Shown here in pieces: positions 62,157 through 64,000 of a stretch of 64,000 bases of DNA (position 1 is its first letter; each line of letters begins with the position of its first letter). Source of the stretch: Mobula birostris (Eukaryota); NCBI RefSeq assembly GCF_030028105.1, contig NC_092400.1, positions 19,468,001-19,532,000 on the forward strand, given 5' to 3'. The notes under the pieces were generated by a model. The model saw only the letters and a program-made list of their open reading frames with translations. It was not told the DNA's origin and did not search any database. The position numbers and the translations under genes were made by a program.

Positions 62157-64000
62157 TAGATGGTTTGGACTTGCTTTTCATCTGAGAAGGCAGGTAGGGC
62201 TTTGGTGTTACCACTGACCCAATAGACAGCATCTCCAACACTGCTGCATTCCCCTTGTAAGGTACGGGGGTATAAGATTACATTTTTGTGCAACTGGTGT
62301 AGAATGTTAAAAGGCATTGAAAGTTACTGAGACATTAGAGAGGAAACAATTCAGTTCACATAGAATGGGGAAATTTAAATGTGAGGCAAGTGTTGGAAAA
62401 TTGTGCCATGATACTCATTTGTCATGAAGGAGGTAATGCAAAGTCATCCTTGCCAGATGATTAAGCCTAACAGCAGAGATACTCATGTGGATGTTCAAGA
62501 GGAGGAATTGGGGGGGGGGGGGGACATAAAGCAGCATTGAATGTAGATAATCTTCATTATTGATTAGAGGGAGAAGATTATATAGTCAATTTGTTACAAT
62601 TTTTTTTTCTTGCAAAGAATTCCCGTCTCCAAAAGTGGTCACAATTTGAACAGTTTGGATATGTCGGAGAACTGTTGAGTGGGAGGAGGTTACTCATACG
62701 GGAAGGGGGAGGGCCCAGAGGGATTTGAAAGCAAGGGTGGCCATTTTAAAAGTGAACTGCTGAATAATTGCAGGCCAAAGGAGTGTTGGAATGGTGGACA
62801 GATGGCAGTTTTGTACAGTCCCAGTTTTGTAGAGGATGATGTATGGGGAGGTTGAGCAGGAATGCATTGTCAAGTCTGGAAGAAAGAGGCATGGAAGAGC
62901 ATGAGTCTGACAATGCTACAAAAGGGGGAATAGAGTTTTAATAATGGTGCAAATGTGCTATCGTAAGTATAATATCAGCAATGGGAGCTGTCCGGCTCAG
63001 CTGTAGATATAAAGGTGTGGTCACTGTCTAATGATGGGAATTGAAGATAGTGGCTTCAGGTTGTGTAACAAGAAGTCATGTAAGTATGGAGGAAGGATTG
63101 AAGGAGGTGGTGGTAGTGGATGTAACCATGTGCTGTTAGCCTATATCTACAACATAATATGTTCTAGATGGACAACTTGCTAGTGAGAAATAGTAGAGGG
63201 CCAAGGACAGATGCATCATGATACTGGAGATGAGAAAAGTACCAGAAAGAGAAGCCTATTGCAGATAATCCCGTGGTTCAGTAGATGAGAATGAAAGCAG
63301 GCAAACTGGGCACTGAAAGAGCTTTGCCTGTTGGAAGAGCTTTCGAGTTTTGCTCTAAGTGATGTGACAGTGGTGGTGTGATTATTTCTGCAGGTTGATT
63401 GGGAAATAAAGTAAGAACTTGAACTGTACAACGCCTTCTGCATCCATATTGCATTGCAAGTTTTGACAACCAAATTGGTGTCTGTGTTTTGCATAATGTA
63501 GTATGACATCAAGTTATTTAATCTGGTGGAGGTATGAGAAGGAAAATATTGGCCTGGATTGTTGAACTTTATGTGCTTATCATGTCTGCGAACTCTGCAG
63601 CAATTTGCCCCACTAATATGATTAACTGAATACTGAGGCTTTGGGCCTACTCTAGGCTGATCTGGGGAGTTGGATCTAAGGTTCGGAATGCTGTTGTTGT
63701 TGCTCGCTTTTATTGTTTGCATGATTTGTGTGTGTGTGTTTTTTTTCCCTTTTTCTCTGTGCATAGAGAAGGCTAGGGGTTGGTCTTTTTTTTGATAGGA
63801 TTCTTTCAGGTTTCTTGTTTTGCGACTTCCTGTAAGCAAACAAATCTCAGGGTTGTATAGTTTATACGTTCTTTGATAATAAATGTACTTTGAATCTTGA
63901 ATCATTTGTATTGTGTTAATGAAATGATTAACATGCTGACAGTTTTGATTAAAATCTTACCCAGTAAGTGCTGCTTATTACAATATTGTTGCATTGTCAC

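Noticed and set aside
63216-63905. 229-aa ORF
   Set aside because: It begins in a LINE-tail-like repeat, has no recognisable domain and no convincing exon structure
1-64000. Exons of the expected neighbours TMEM120B or KDM2B
   Set aside because: No recognisable coding sequence for either was found in this window

Overview
Vertebrate genomic DNA; the repeat content (Penelope-like, CR1, Rex1/Babar, V-domain SINEs) suggests a cartilaginous fish, probably a ray (inference). Two convergent protein-coding genes can be rebuilt from GT-AG splice sites and reading frame. MORN3 is on the + strand with 5 coding exons (7689-19723, 250 aa) and RFX X-boxes in its promoter. ORAI1 is on the - strand with 2 coding exons (57210-57097 and 35167-34613, 222 aa, short Orai1-beta-like form, 21.9 kb intron). 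The rest is mostly mobile DNA: a decayed BEL/Pao pol, a young internally deleted IR/DR Tc1 (DD34E), two Tigger/pogo-like elements, many CR1 and Rex1/Babar LINE fragments, SINEs and Penelope-like elements (PLEs). The most notable signal absent from the ORF track is a dispersed set of minimal type I hammerhead ribozyme motifs (CUGANGA...GAAAC-GUC) in the PLE termini. Several are intact, two lie sense in the ORAI1 intron, and several sit in fold-back insertions with target-site duplications. A second, different hammerhead-like fold-back family is also present. Repeat boundaries are approximate unless a TSD or TIR is cited.
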